From Calcarisporiella thermophila CBS 279.70 (Eukaryota; Fungi; Calcarisporiellomycota), in contig NW_027192192.1 of assembly GCF_041956535.1 (NCBI RefSeq), forward strand, positions 1,459,125 through 1,523,124: 64,000 nucleotides of DNA, given 5' to 3'. The position numbers and the translations under genes are program-made. Each line of letters opens with the position of its first letter. The stretch's first letter is position 1. Under the pieces are notes generated by a model. The model was not told the DNA's origin. It made no database searches and was given only the letters and a program-made list of their open reading frames with translations. Below, one piece after another: positions 36,790 through 50,752 of the stretch.

Positions 36790-39700
36790 TCATGCACATA
36801 AAGGCTGGGTATCAACTTCCATTTCCTCCATCTCTCTTCCTCTCTCCTCTTCCCCTTGGCCCTCTACTGGTTGATTGTCTCTATTCTCAGAAGCATTGCC
36901 CGTATTCTCGACACCAGCGGCCGATTCCGGTCCTAAAATCACCGCCCACCGTGCTACGAAAGACCTTACATCTTTAGAAGCATCTTGAGAGAGATAGCTC
37001 ACCACCTCCTCCAAGGCCTTATTCTCTTCATCCTTGCGATTCTCCATCAGCACCGCTATGGAGCGCGCGACAGATATCCTAACATTAACCACGGGGTCCC
37101 TTGCGAGGCGGAACAACCGCGGTAAGAACCAGGATCCAAAATCCCATGCGAGAGAAGAGGTTGAGTAAGAATAGTGCCTAGTGATCTCGGCCCAAATCTG
37201 TACAAAGACGACGCGTGAGCGGTAAGAGTCCGCGCTCAAGAAATCGTCAAGTTTGGAGAGTATGATTTCAAGAGGCGGAGTTGGGGGCGCTGACTCAGCG
37301 TTAGAGTCGACTTTGGAGGTAGAGTCGACGGGAACATGTCTAAGTGCATTTTCTAAAATATTGGGGAACTTGTTTTTTCCCAAGAAGAATCAAAAATGAA
37401 TATCAAGCTAACCGGTAGGGAGGACAAGACACTTACACATTTAACCCCGGACTCCCTGACACTGGATACTTCGTCCATACAAGCACGCAGAATCAACGGC
37501 AGCAAATGTTCAATAATCTCTTCTATACCATATAGATTACAGAGCGAGCCGATCTGACTAACAAAGAGACACCGTTGCCGCCAATTTGTCGTTACACTCT
37601 CCCATACATCCTTAAGCAACGGGAGATATTCACAGCGAGTTGCTAGAGGAAGACATTCAATGAAAGAGGCAAGGCCCTCGAGTACTCCTTGCTTAACCTA
37701 TATAGGAATCTTTAATTAAGACACCACAATTCTGCATATATAAAACCCCGGCCAATCTTTACATCGTCCACATCCATTAGGTAAAGGGCAAAGATAGAAA
37801 CAAGGTCATGGTCTGCGTTCTCCGGGCCTATAATTCTCGCTATTTCATGAAGAGAATAGGCCAATGTTCTCCTAACTCTAAACTATTTAGACCCAAAAAT
37901 GGCCGGAAAAGTAAAGCGAATAAATTAGTACGCATGAAAGAGCAGAGGCAAACTCAAGCAGGCCCTCTATTCACCTGATGGTCCCGTGCTAATATCAGAT
38001 AGGCCTCGCGAAGTTCCTCCCACCGATCTATTCCCATGGTCAATACAACTGCTGGAAAATTGTAGGCGCACGTCGATGCACGATCTGGCTCCAGTTTTAT
38101 TATTTTTCCGGCGTCTTCTCCGCTGGGGGTAACAAGCGACAAGAAAAACTGAACCAGTGCATCTGGAACCATGGATTCATTCAGGAAATTTGCAAAGAGC
38201 TCGCCAATAATTGTTCCAAGCGCGTTGCGCACGCTACGGCTAACATCATCGCGGAATAACTCGATTGCCTGAACGGCCATCTCTGATTTGAGATTTGAGG
38301 GAAGATGAGAGAGTAAATGTGGTAATGAAGTGACTGCCGAACGGCGCACGTGCCAAATACTATCATGTGCAAATTGGGTGTATAACGGAATCTATTATCC
38401 AAAATAGACGGAAAGAATTTTTTTAGGAATTAAAATACAAAACCATCATATAAATAAATATTGACCAGCTTTGACACCACGATATCTTGAGGCACAACGT
38501 CCGCCAAGCTGCCCACGGTGGTTGCAGCTTCCTGAAGTTTAGATATTTGGGTATCCAATATTAATAAACATCTTGGAGGTCTGAGAGAACCGAGAAACTA
38601 CTAACTCTTCTTGCATAGTGATCTTGATCATTAGCCCTACTTTCCAAGAGGGGTATAAACAGCCCGGTGCATTTGTCTGCCCCCAGAATAGGAGCTAAAG
38701 ATGATATTACCTAATACAGAGAAAAAAAGCACAGGTAAATAAGTGGGAGATTCCGAGCATCTATGAATAATAAGTGCATACTGAAAGCATGATAATTCTA
38801 CACAATGCAGCCTCTGCCCCTCCCGAGTCTATATCTGGTGTTTCATCCCCCTGCCTATATAACCCCATCACTATTCCCTCGAACACTTCATTATCAATGA
38901 TGTCCTCCGGAAGATTTGTTGCCATGGTTACGATCGCCTGCGTCGTCTGGCTAACAATCGTTGAATTTTGGCTTTGAAGAAGATTAATTAGGATAGGAGC
39001 AAACGCCTGGGGTGGGATGTGGGCCCGTGGTTTGTCCTGTTCTGAGCGCTCAGAAGATCCCGAATCCAACGACTTTGCAGATGCTGAAGGTTGATCTGCT
39101 AACTCGGTCGAGGGTTTCAATGCCACCGCCTCAGTGTTGGTTCGATTGGCGTATCGAGACAGCCGAGAATAATCGGGTGGCGCTTTCTTGAATAAGAAGA
39201 ATGAGAAAAGATGAGCGTTCACTGTGCACTTTAGTAGAGGTTGAATCAATTTACTTCGAGATAGAATAGAAGAATTTCCTCGAGAACAGACGACAAAGTT
39301 TCCCTTACGCCCTCCTCTGGAATAGCGAGACTTAATTAAAAATACATGATATTATAATTTCATTATCCTCTTACCCGGATCTTCTGCAAGCGTCTTCAAA
39401 ACAGGAATCCCCCGCTCTACAGCATCATGTAGATCCATTTCTCGGAGTAGAGATGGCAATTCCTTTGCAAGGAAATTTCTGTCAAAATATAAAAACACAA
39501 CTGTCAAGCATATAGAGCCGAAATGAATTCTACTGAAATTCACCTGTGAAAAAGGAAACTGCTTTCCGTCAAGGCCTCCATTTTTTTCGCTGGAGGAAGG
39601 GGCCGATCAGCCAGAAATTCGCCCTCTTCACCCAATAAAACTGCCTCCGGGGTCGTATCTTTAGTAAGATGGATTAGATGTCGGGCAAGATTCTAATCAT

Positions 39701-40055
39701 CAAGTGCACATAAATTACCAGAAGATTCAATCGCCATAGCTTCCAATAGTGCATCAGAGCTTAGGTCATCAATACTAAGTGGCATATCATTTTGTAGAGC
39801 ATTCTCTGGGGATTTGGTGAGTTCGCCGTTATGAGCAGATGTCGGCTCCTCCTCCTCCATCGCAAGATCGCTGAAATCAAACCCAAGATCTATAGACACA
39901 ACACATGAGCAATGGAGCAAATTACAATCACGGCCATAGAATGTCCAGATCGAAGATTTGAAATTTCCTCGAAGAGAACTTTATCGGGTTCTCTCTCTCT
40001 CCCCAATCATTCCAGTAAAATCCACCAAACACAGCCGAGATAACTTGCCTGCCAT
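36790..40055 (-). CDS. HEAT-repeat phosphatase regulatory subunit (PP4R1-like)
   Basis: CAYNFPAVVLTMG, WRQR, RQVF/RVVFVQ-type segment, RDPVVNVRISVA HEAT motifs; N-terminus MADL via a GC-AG first intron. Confidence 0.85.
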
Positions 40056-40459
40056 TGACAAACACTGTTATATATTTTTCCCAAACAACCAACTGAGACA
40101 GGAGATGTGCATCCAATTTGAAGTAGAATAAAGCTAGCTGTAAAAGTTGTAGTTGTGGATAAGGACGTGATACTTCAATTTTGCGTTCAAATGCTTTCGT
40201 CATTATGCTTCCGTCATCGATAAATCATTCGATACCGATCATTTAAGGAATCTATGGCCTGTGCGCTCTACCAAAACGTTGGGTCTATCTTTTTCACACT
40301 CCCTAACCACAAAAAAAGGAATAGAGGGGCATTTAAAGATTGGAAGTGAAATTTTTAATTGAAATTATAACATTCCCAGTCAATAGATTTAGTCCATTCG
40401 AGACCAACCGGTGACATTGAGAGAAGGCTGCATTGGAACCAGAATCCCACGTCTCTAAT

Positions 40460-42177
40460 ATGAGCGGACCCCCTCCGGAGCGCAATACGGCAAGTAGTGT
40501 CGGAGATAGCAATCGGGAACGTCCCCACAATTTCCTCTCCTCGCTTCCCCCCATACAATCTCATCTCAGCATTAGCCAATCTTCCCTCGCGCGCTTTTCA
40601 GCCCCTCTTGCTTCCAACCCAGACCGTAAGCATGTGCTTCGCTATGATGCTCCTTGGCCGATGTACGGACTTGACTGGTGCAAGCGTTCGGGAGAACGGG
40701 ATGCGTGGAGGATTGCAGTTGGGAGTCTTGTGGAAGAGAGCGTGAACAAGGTAGCATAGATTCGGCTTCTTTCCATTAGTTCATTTTAGCCCTTGTTTAT
40801 CATTCATATGTCTTCCATCCACACTATGATGGGGTACCCTAAACGCGCTAATACTTTCTCACTTAGTTGAAAGTCGTGTCTCTGCCAGAGTACCTTAGCA
40901 ATGGCGGAATGGAAGATTCATCGATAAGACCACGATCCGATCTGGTGACCATTGCCGAGACAGATCACATTTATCCCGCTACGAAGATTTTATGGGAGCC
41001 AAGCTTCAGGGTAATTATTTAATGGTCGTGGATTCTGCCGGTAGCATTCAAACACACTCTTTTCGGCTTTAGTATGGGAGCGGCTCCGACCTCATTGCTA
41101 CATCCTCAGACTGTCTACGCCTGTATGAGCTGCACTCTGAATCGAGGCCAGACTCCAACGGCAGCATCCACGCCCGCGCAGCGAGCGGGTACCCAAGCTC
41201 TCAGCAGAAGCTGACTCTAAAGACGGCTTTGAAGAGTGTAAATACTGGCAGTCGTTCTCCACTTTCCAGGTCATACGTCTAAGCGGAACTTCTTTCTCTT
41301 TTCTATCTTGTGCAATAGACGAAGTCAGAGTTCGCAGCCCCGCTAACCTCCTTCGATTGGAGCGAAGTCGATCCAACTCTGATAGTCACTGGAAGCATTG
41401 ACACAACATGCACTATATGGAACGTGGAAACGCAACAACCAAAGACGCAGCTGTTAGCGCACCTCAAAGAGGTGTATGATGTCGCCTTCATGCCTCGCGA
41501 CCCACACGCGTTTTTGAGCACAGGTGCGGATGGTACAGTGCGACTATTTGATATTCGGTCAGTGTTGCTTCCGGGCCATGCCTTAAATATTCACTCGTCA
41601 TCCTTTAGTAAGGATACTAACTAAATCCATTCTAGTTCCCTCGAGAACTCTTCCATCTTGTATGGCAATCCACCGCCGGACCATTCTACACTTCAATCCG
41701 GGGGAAGTAACACCAGTGCTATACCCACTGCGTCACTTCTTCGCCTCGCCATCAATCGCCATGATTCAAATCTCCTGGCCACATTCCATGTAACCTCGCG
41801 CTCCATCCTCATTCTCGATATTCGTATGGGGAAAGTGCTTGCCGAGCTGCAAGGACATGGAGCACCTGTCAATTGCGTGAGCTGGGCACCTCATTTACGG
41901 CAGCTACTAGTATCTGGCGGTAACGTGCACCACTAAGCATTATTTTTCTTCTACCCATTCACTCCTTAATCAAATCAATATAGGAGACGATTCACAAGTC
42001 CTCGTCTGGGACATCCACGACCAAACTCCAGCTCCTAATGCACCAAGTGTCAAGCTCTACCATCCAATACTTGCGTACACGGCGGACGCGGAAGTCAGCC
42101 AATTGTGTTGGAGCGTGGCCATTCCAGACTGGATCGTGGTCGGCTTCGGTAGAAGTATGCAGGCCCTAAAAATTTAG
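40460..42177 (+). CDS. WD40 protein DCAF7/WDR68/AN11 family
   Basis: YDAPWPMYGLDW, YPATKILW, APLTSFDW, SIDTTCTIWN, QLLAHLKEVYDVAF, GADGTVRLFDIR, GHGAPVN, GDDSQVLVWD. Confidence 0.93.
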
Positions 42178-42956
42178 AAAACGTAGAAATTCGGATAAGC
42201 TCAGCCCTACACCGCTTGCACCCTATTCTTCGACCGATTTCTATTTTTTTTTAAATTAAAAACTTATGTATTTATGTCTGTCTTTACTCCTTTTTTTTTC
42301 TCGCAGAACATATATTTGTTTTTCTCTATTTCCTTCCATTTTATTTGCCATTGTTTGTTTCTCCCTACTCTAGCCACTTGCAATTGAATGTTAGCTCAAG
42401 ACTCTTTATACACGCCATTGGGCTAGATTGCCCGTAGACCCACAAACGTTCCTTTGGAAACATAAATACTTGTGGGGCCATCTGCATCCAGTACGAATTC
42501 TTACGATTGCATCTCTTCTGTAGGAGAGATAGACAGAAAACTAAAAAATCTTCGAGGCCTTGGTCTGAGATGCAGACGATGTCAAGCCAAACTTAGGATA
42601 GATAGGCGAGGTTGGTCTATAACGATCACTGCTCAGGACAGGAGAGAGGCAGGTAATAAATGGGGAACAGCTATGCGACACATCACAGTTTAGCAAAGAA
42701 AAAAGGGGCACAGCAAGGCATCGACTTGTTTTTTCCAGCTCAACTCAACTTCTTTTTCTTTGTTTTCCTCAATGCATATTTCAACGATAAAGAAAAATTC
42801 GTTAACAAGAACAGAAAAGACAAAAAGGGACACCTAATATACCATACATTTCAAAGAGAAAAGGAGACTAAAAGATCATAACAAAAGTGACTTGATGGGC
42901 TATATCAACTTACTTCAGAACAGAATAGATTCATACAATAATAAATGAACTGGAGT

Positions 42957-44015
42957 TTAGGCTGCGATCTCCTGTTCGCCAGCGTGCTCACTCTCGCTGC
43001 CGGTCTTTTCATCGGCAGCGAAGTCCGATCGTGCAATCTTGATCATCAACTCGCGACCCTCAACACTGGTACCGCGAAGGTTGTCGAGGGCACGCTTCTG
43101 CTCCTCCTCCGAAGCAAGCTGCACAAAGCCAAAGCCTTTGCTGCGTCCAGTGGTGCGGCGGTGCACAACGCGAGCAGACGTGACGGAGTAGTCATTGAAG
43201 ATGTTGCGTAGGCCGTCGTCGTCAAGGGAGAATGGAAGATTGCCGACAAAGAGCGTGGTCTTTGAGGGCTCATGCTCGGACTCGTCAATGCGGGCGGGGC
43301 GTGCACTGCCGCGACCACGTCCACGGCCACGACCACGGAACCGACGGCCACGTCCGCGATGCGTTGCTGGGAATTCCTCATCCGCACCCTCCTCTGCCGG
43401 TTGCTCATCTGAGTTGCCGTTGGGGGTGGTCTCATTCGCTGCCGCGTTGGCGGGGGGTCCACTCTTGCTCCTTGAGAAGCGTCGCGGGCCAGTCCAGCTT
43501 CCACCGCGTCCACTGCGACCGCCACGTCCGCGTCCGCGACCGCGACCACCAAATCGACCTCCACGTCCACGGCGAGGGCCTTCGTTGGGGGTGACACCCT
43601 CGGGCTTAGGACGGGCGATTTCGACATTAATCTCGCGACTATCGAGCTCCTTCTTGTTAAGGTCATTCACCGCCTTCTCAGCCTCCTCATAGGTATCGAA
43701 GGCGACGAAGCCGTAGCCCAACGAGCGGCTTCCACGGGAGATAACAGTAGCCTGGAGACTAGGTTGAGAAATAAGCATTAATCATAAGATGACATGAAAG
43801 CCTGGATCGGAAAATGAGGGGAGAATATTAATAATGAAGATGAAAACCTACACTTTGCCAGCTGAAGAGAAAAACTTGGCCAACTCCTCCTCAGTTGTCT
43901 GGAACGAAAGATTACCGACGAAAACCTTGTGACCAATGTCATCTTCCAAGGGATTCTCCACGTCATTCGCGACCGGCGAGACTTGTTCCTGAGCTTTGGC
44001 TTCGTGTTCCGTCAT
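42957..44015 (-). CDS. RRM-RGG-RRM RNA-binding protein (Sbp1-like architecture)
   Basis: KVFVGNL / LGYGFVAF and LFVGNL / KGFGFV RNP motifs flanking RGG-rich linker; one coding intron plus a 5'-UTR intron. Confidence 0.9.
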
Positions 44016-44634
44016 GATGGTCGACGTTTAAAAAATGGACAGATGGGCCTTAATCAATGAGATTATAGAAAAAAATAAAAACATTGATTAGCATCAGAAA
44101 ATAAAATCGACGCGTTATAATAAAATAAAAAAAGATGATGATGATCGTGGAGATCCCAAAAAAGAGGGTGGTCATGCACATCATCTCTAGCCGAGATGAG
44201 AAGATAAAATAGCAAAAAAAGGATGGATGGATGTATACTTACTGTGTTTCTTGGTGGACAGAAAATGGATACTAGGGTGTTGCAAAGAGAAAGCGCTACT
44301 CGCTTGATTTGAATGGATAATGCGTTGGATTGGAGTTAAAAAAAAAAGGGGGGGGAAGAGGGGAAGAGATGGCAGGGAAAATTACAACTCAGAATCACGT
44401 GTTCACTTTCAACTCTATTCCACTTTTACAGAAAAGCTCCTGCGTTTCAGCCGAGTTTCTAACCAAAAGTTTCTTTCCACCCAGCGGCTAGAAAGCGAAG
44501 ATTTTCAAGATTCCAACTCAAAAGTAAATTAGCAATGGGCTTAAAAAATAGCGTTATATTGAGTCAAGTCACGAGTTCCTCTATTAGTACTCTAGGTACA
44601 TTAAATAAATAAATAGGCCATTGGAGCAGTATTT

Positions 44635-46260
44635 CTATTCATCTCTAGCTTCACATTCCTTTGCCCAGTTCTTTGGTATCTGGCTTTCAACCGCTCGTTT
44701 AAACGCACTCAATGTGCATAGCGATGTATCGCCATTTGGATGATGCTGACCTCCATTCTTGCACTCCGGTACCTGTACAACCTGGTCGTTGTAACGCACG
44801 CGCACATAGTATTGATCTTCTTCCTTCGACCATAAGCCTCGCCACCAGCTATCAGTCGGCCGCGGTTGGGCACGGAAGAGCTCAATAAGAATGACACTAT
44901 TAAACGGAGGAAATTTATTATCGAAGCCGCCAAGCGTAGTCAAGAGTGGGCCGACGGTTCTAAATGTTTTTGTTTTGTATTAACAGATGAAAAGAAAGAA
45001 AAAGTTGAAGGGTGAAGGAGAAGGCGCGAGATAGAGAGGAGAAAAAGATAAAGAAATATTAGCCTATTATCATCAATTCAGAATAAAAGGCTGTGTTTAC
45101 GTGTCATGCCCGGAATAGATTGCTAGCTTCAATTTCTTCGTGCTTTCGTCGTCTCTAACTTTGTCCTCGATTCTACCAGTAATTTCTCCAAGAAGACGGC
45201 CAATCCCTAGGCGCCGCATTTCCTGGCTCTGGGTAAAGCCATAGAACCACTCAATCGTGTTTACGATATGCAAATCCTCTATAACATCTTCGAGCTCTTG
45301 AGGAATTGGAATACCGTTTGCTTTGGCTGCAACAGCGCTGTCCAAGAGTCCGGATGCAGAAGGATGACTGTCAAGTCGTATCTCCCCTAAGCCCAGTCCA
45401 CTCAATTTCTTACTCACTTCCTGTAATCGTTTTTCCGTTATCTCCACCGCCGCTCGGTAGAATTGTTCCGTCAAATCTTTGAGTCGAGCACAGTTTCTGT
45501 TAATGTAGAGATTCTCATCGAATGCATTTCGCGTATACACTTCAAGGACGAAATCTTTTGGACGCGTGCCAGCTGGATACAATCCATCGGCCAGATGCTG
45601 CACACTCTCTAGGGTCCGCACGAAATCAGTGCTACGGATAAAGAGGGTTTCTGGCCCATCGAGGGACGTATCTAAAAATTTCAACCTACAAAATAAAAGT
45701 TGGAGCATAGACAACATCGGGAAGTAGAGGCTATGTTTAACTTGTCCACGTAAATCTCGCGGAGCCTTGTGCCAAGCTTTGTCATCGATGAGCGTCCTAT
45801 GTCGGTGAGCTGTCCAAGAAAGCTATTTATACATAGTTATTGAACCAAGCCTATAATACATTAAAACACTACATATAGACTCACCAATCGCCATCTTTCA
45901 TTCGTCTTCCGTCAGGACCTAGCACCATCCTTTTATAGCTAAAAGATTCTAAGCCCATTTTGTTGCTTGAAGAATCGCTCAAATGTTCTGTACGAATGAC
46001 ATCGCGCTGAATAATCGCTTGGAATTCTTTTGCAGCATGGCATAGATTCCAAACAGGAGTAATCTTGTCTTCCAGGCGTTTTCTAACAGGAGTTCTCTCA
46101 CCTAAACCAAAGAACTATGAGTCAGAATGATTTGTGCAGCAATTTCAAGGAAAGTACCGTGGCGATGCACAATCTGCAAAAAGACAAGTTGTAAATCGGG
46201 CGGATACAAGGCCTTGATCGAATCCTCATCTGCTGGAGGGAATGGTGCGGTAAATTTCAT
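44635..46260 (-). CDS. Histidine acid phosphatase (ACP6-like)
   Basis: HRHGERTP split by an intron, GQLTDIG, RSTDFVRTLES, YSGHDT, YVRVRYN. Confidence 0.92.
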
Positions 46261-46985
46261 TGCTTACAATTTCAAATATCGTTTCCTCGAAACAAAAAAA
46301 CTCCACAGCAGATTAAGCACAGATATTCTCTGTGACTTGCGGCTGACAATCGAGAAATTCACATCTCTCAGTAGAATTCATCATATCTTTAAATATCTAT
46401 AGTACCCGAGAGTGTTGTCCACTTGAGCTAATATCTGTTGCTCTTTCTTGAAGTTGAACAGAGCTAAAACATATCCATAGCAGTTGAGATAAATGTAAAA
46501 GACCCATTGTACATTTAGATCAAGTCTTTAATAGATATGCCATATCCATGAACTTACTAGACTCGTATATATATATATATTTGTAGATGGTACTCAGTCA
46601 CGGTATGTGCTAAAGGGCCAAGCTTCTCCGATACTGCGCAGATTGAAAGATATTGGAACGAATATATATGAAAAAACATAATTGTTGGTTCCTTTTAGTA
46701 TTAGATATACACAATATTGGTTACGTGATTATACTTACGTTCAATCCGCAAAAGAAAAAATCAAATACTAAAGAATTATTGTGGAATTAAGCGTTATTTT
46801 CTCTCATTTCAAATTTTCGGCTAGAAATCTGTTTAACTATCGCATAGTGTGGTTTGACAGCAATACGAGATCTTAGTTGAGCAGGTCGCTGATCCAATTC
46901 TGATTCACTGTAAATGCTGCAAAAATTTAATTTTAAGAGAGTAATTAATTTGGAAATAGACATTGACTCTTAAGAAAATTTAACT

Positions 46986-49884
46986 ATGCCCCCAAAGAGA
47001 GCTCGTTCATTAGAAAAGGAAAAAGGTATATAATGTTGTGATGCTTTTGATTTTGAATAAATCATATGCATTTCATTTTTAGAGGGAAGTACGACCGCAA
47101 TTACTCAAAAACAGAAAAGAGGGAAGAAGCCAGGTCCTGAACAAGGTGATGAATCTATGCTATCACCTGGTGAATGTTCTGCCCAATTACCACAGGAGGA
47201 ACAGTCTTATTTTGGCTCGGCAGTATCACTTATTCCTTCTTCAATAATGACACCGACTCGACCTCAAAATCAAACATTTTGTCTCCCTGAGTTGGATGAA
47301 AGATATTACTCAGATATAAATGTTTTAGCACGTAATTATTATTTATATTGCCAATAGGTTCTTTTTTTTTAAAATAGTTCCATGTCCATAACATATAGCA
47401 CCTTTCAATGATGGAAAACTCTGGCAAGACTATATTCGGCACATCACCGGGTGGCATTATCCTCATACACGCAAAACTACCAAGGACAAACTTGAACAAC
47501 AGTAAGAAAAGATTCAGCAACTAATGCATATACCGTTGATTTTTTAAACATTCCACTAGATATTTCAAGGCAACTTTGACAATGGCAGCAGAAAACATTT
47601 TCCGTCACAGTTTTTTAGTACATTGGCCTTCGGATTGTATTCGTGATTCCAACCTGAGGACAGCTGTGGAGGGTTTCTTCACACAAAATTCTAGTCAACT
47701 TTCTTTTACAAAAGATTCCAAAATTCTCGGTCTCGATTGTCGATACATATTTCAATGGCTCATATGGGGCAAAGAAAAGGAAGAAATATTGGTCGCTTTT
47801 GAAGAATATTTTCAGGTAGATTTCACAAAATTAACCCCAGCTTACTAGATCGTTTACAGTTTATATAACTTCCATTCCATTTTTAGGATCTCCCGGACAA
47901 GGAAAGACATGAAGCACTCAATATCCAAAATACAGACCCTATAGCAACTGCAGAAAATTGGAGACAGTGCATACAAACACACAATCGCCCTACCGAATTT
48001 GTTTCTCCGCTTTTAGTTTCAGTGGGAATCAAAGCACTTGCAAGAAATAGAGCAACTGTAGAGCAGGATTTCGGAGGATTAGTTCTTGAACCTCTCATAG
48101 GAGCACCGCTTCATGAAGCAAATATCCCAAATTTTTTTTCACAGAGAGAATTCAGATTTCCAGTGATTGAAGATTGGGCTCCTATAATAGACTTTGCCTG
48201 TGGGGTGCAAATGGAATACTATAATATTCCAGTATTGATCGTAGAAGTTGAGACGTCGAAAGAATATTCGGCTTCTGCTCACAAAAACACTCGAAAAATG
48301 GCAAAGTTGCTGCGTCACTCGCTAGAGAAGATGGCAACGAGAGTCCCTGATGGTGCTATCGAAGAACTCAGAGCATATGGTCTACTTCTCTCCACGAATG
48401 GTGGATATGAATTTGTTGGGATGAAACCATTACAAGAGCGCCAGGGAATGAATGGGTCGCATTTTAACTTCTGTCTCTTCGAGCAGCTACTAGAGGGTAG
48501 TCTAGCCAGCTATATACATTCAGCCAACATAGATCATATTATCAAGATCAGTAGCTTCCTTCTTGGACCTGTCAGAGAAGCAATGGTCACGGTCCAAAAG
48601 CTTATGCATAAACGAGGTCCAATAACTATGGGTACTCAAAGATTTATATTTGCATTTTTTACTGGACACATTAGCTTACGACTTAACTTGTGATTATTTG
48701 GTACCAGATCGCTTTCCTCCTCCTCAAATGCAGTTGGAATCCCGTCCTGGAGGTTCGAAATTTACCCCATCGAAGAAAGGAAAAGATACAAGAGGTGGTA
48801 AAAGAATTGAGGAAGCAGAAACTTGTGGCAGCGGAAGTGAAAAACAGTCTATAACTGATATATCTATATCTATGTTATCTCTTTTACAAAAATGTGGTTA
48901 CCACCATATCGATACTATACACAAGGTAAGATTTAGCTTTTTTTATTTTGTGGTTACCTAAGATAAATCATAATAACCAAATATCTATTTCACTAAAAGA
49001 GTGATCATACACGCGTGTTCCATGTAGTCCATAGAGAAAAGTCATTCGCATTTGTAGTTAAGCTTGGAAAAGGTCAAGAAATTTCCTTACTTCAAAAGCT
49101 CCAGGTACTTAATTTTTATTGTTCCAGCTCTTCGCATCGCTACACTGACTTGCTTTTTAGGACCTACCAAATATTGTGCGGCTTTACAATACTTTATTGC
49201 TTAATGATTGCTATGGCATGATCTTAGATAAAGTGGAGATTTACGGCAGAGATTTTCTTGAGGTACTGGTTTTACCGGTTTTTACTTTTTATCCTGCTTT
49301 TAATCTTTTTTTATTCTCTTTGTTCAAGCTTACTGGAGAAAGATTTACGAAAGCTTTATTTTCTGCACTGAATTCCCTACACACTCGCGGTATTATTCAT
49401 CATGATATTAAACCAAACAATATCGGATATAGTAAAGAGCAGAAGCGGTATTTTAACAGTTTTTTCAACACAATTATTTTATCCTAATTGCTTTATTTAT
49501 CTTCTTCGATAGCTGGGCTTTACTTGATTTCAATCTTGCTGAGGAAATCCATGATAAGCAAACACAAAGTGGTGCTGGAACCGAGACTTTTATTGCACCC
49601 GAAGTTGAACGACACGAGCCTCATGGGTTCCCAGCTGATATATATAGTGCTGGCAGAACTCTTCAAGAATTAAATCTACTTTCGAAACTGAGTGAGTATT
49701 TTTTTTCAATATTCTATATGTTTTCCATTAAACAGATTTGATTTTTCTAGGTGAAATTGGAAAGCGCATGCTCAGTGATGACCCTAAAATACGTCCCACA
49801 GCATCTGAAGTGCTAGAGTATTTAGAAATGGAAAAGCAAGCTCGGCGACTACCTACTCCAGAAGATCAAATAGTAGCGAATTAA
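46986..49884 (+). CDS. Multi-exon protein with central PD-(D/E)xK-like nuclease-fold region and C-terminal Ser/Thr protein kinase
   Basis: Exons splice in frame from MPPKRARS; central IDF...PVLIVEV...HKNTRKM; kinase VVK, EISLL, HHDIKPNN, DFN, GT..FIAPE, DIYSAG, RP. Confidence 0.8.
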
Positions 49885-50752
49885 AATTCGAATGCTATAT
49901 ATGCTTCCTGTAACTGATTTCGATTTTCAATGATTTACTCAACCTATACTCTCCATTATACCTTTAAAGTTGCTTCATTTTGCTTCATGCTCTGTACAGC
50001 AAACTAACTTTCATATTTTTTATGCTTGATATCGTGCAACACAACACATCAAATTGCTTATTATACTTGTGTTCAACTTCTCTAAATTTATAGCAAATGT
50101 CAATAGCGTTGAATATCAAGCCAATAAAGTATTATGCGAAATATACGATTCCCTTGGAGCAAGAAACAAAGGAAAATGAAACCAGTTGATATAATAAACG
50201 CTTTATCCATTAAATCATGCTTCGCATAAAATCTAAAAATATTAAAAAACATATTCGAAGCCAAATTAAAAATTACTGTAAGCTATGAAATCTGAGGGAG
50301 ATGTAATATTGGGCTTTGAATAATTCCTTTAAAGCCTAACTTTCCAGTAGATAGAATAATATGCAAGCGGCTCTATTAATAAACGGTAGTGGAGCTACGC
50401 TTATATGTTGATTCAACCGTTATCTCAGTTATTGTAAAAGTTTAGGGAGTTATTAAATGGAACTACTCGATTTATTCAGAGTAGGATCGTTCTCCGAATT
50501 ATAGCAACCCCTCTCTAATGAGCTTACGTAGATTTAATGAAGTAAAATTGTCTTGCTTTTGACATTGTAAAGTTATCGTTGGAAAATCTGTTTAATGAAA
50601 ATGAAAAATATAGTGTGCGGTGGTGTATTCCCCGTGTTCACTGTTGACAAATACCAAGTAGTAAAAAAAAAGAAAAAAATTCGCAGGGAGAAAAGAGGTG
50701 AAGAATAGAATCCTCTACAAATACTAATGCAGTATGAAGCGAATAATGGAGT

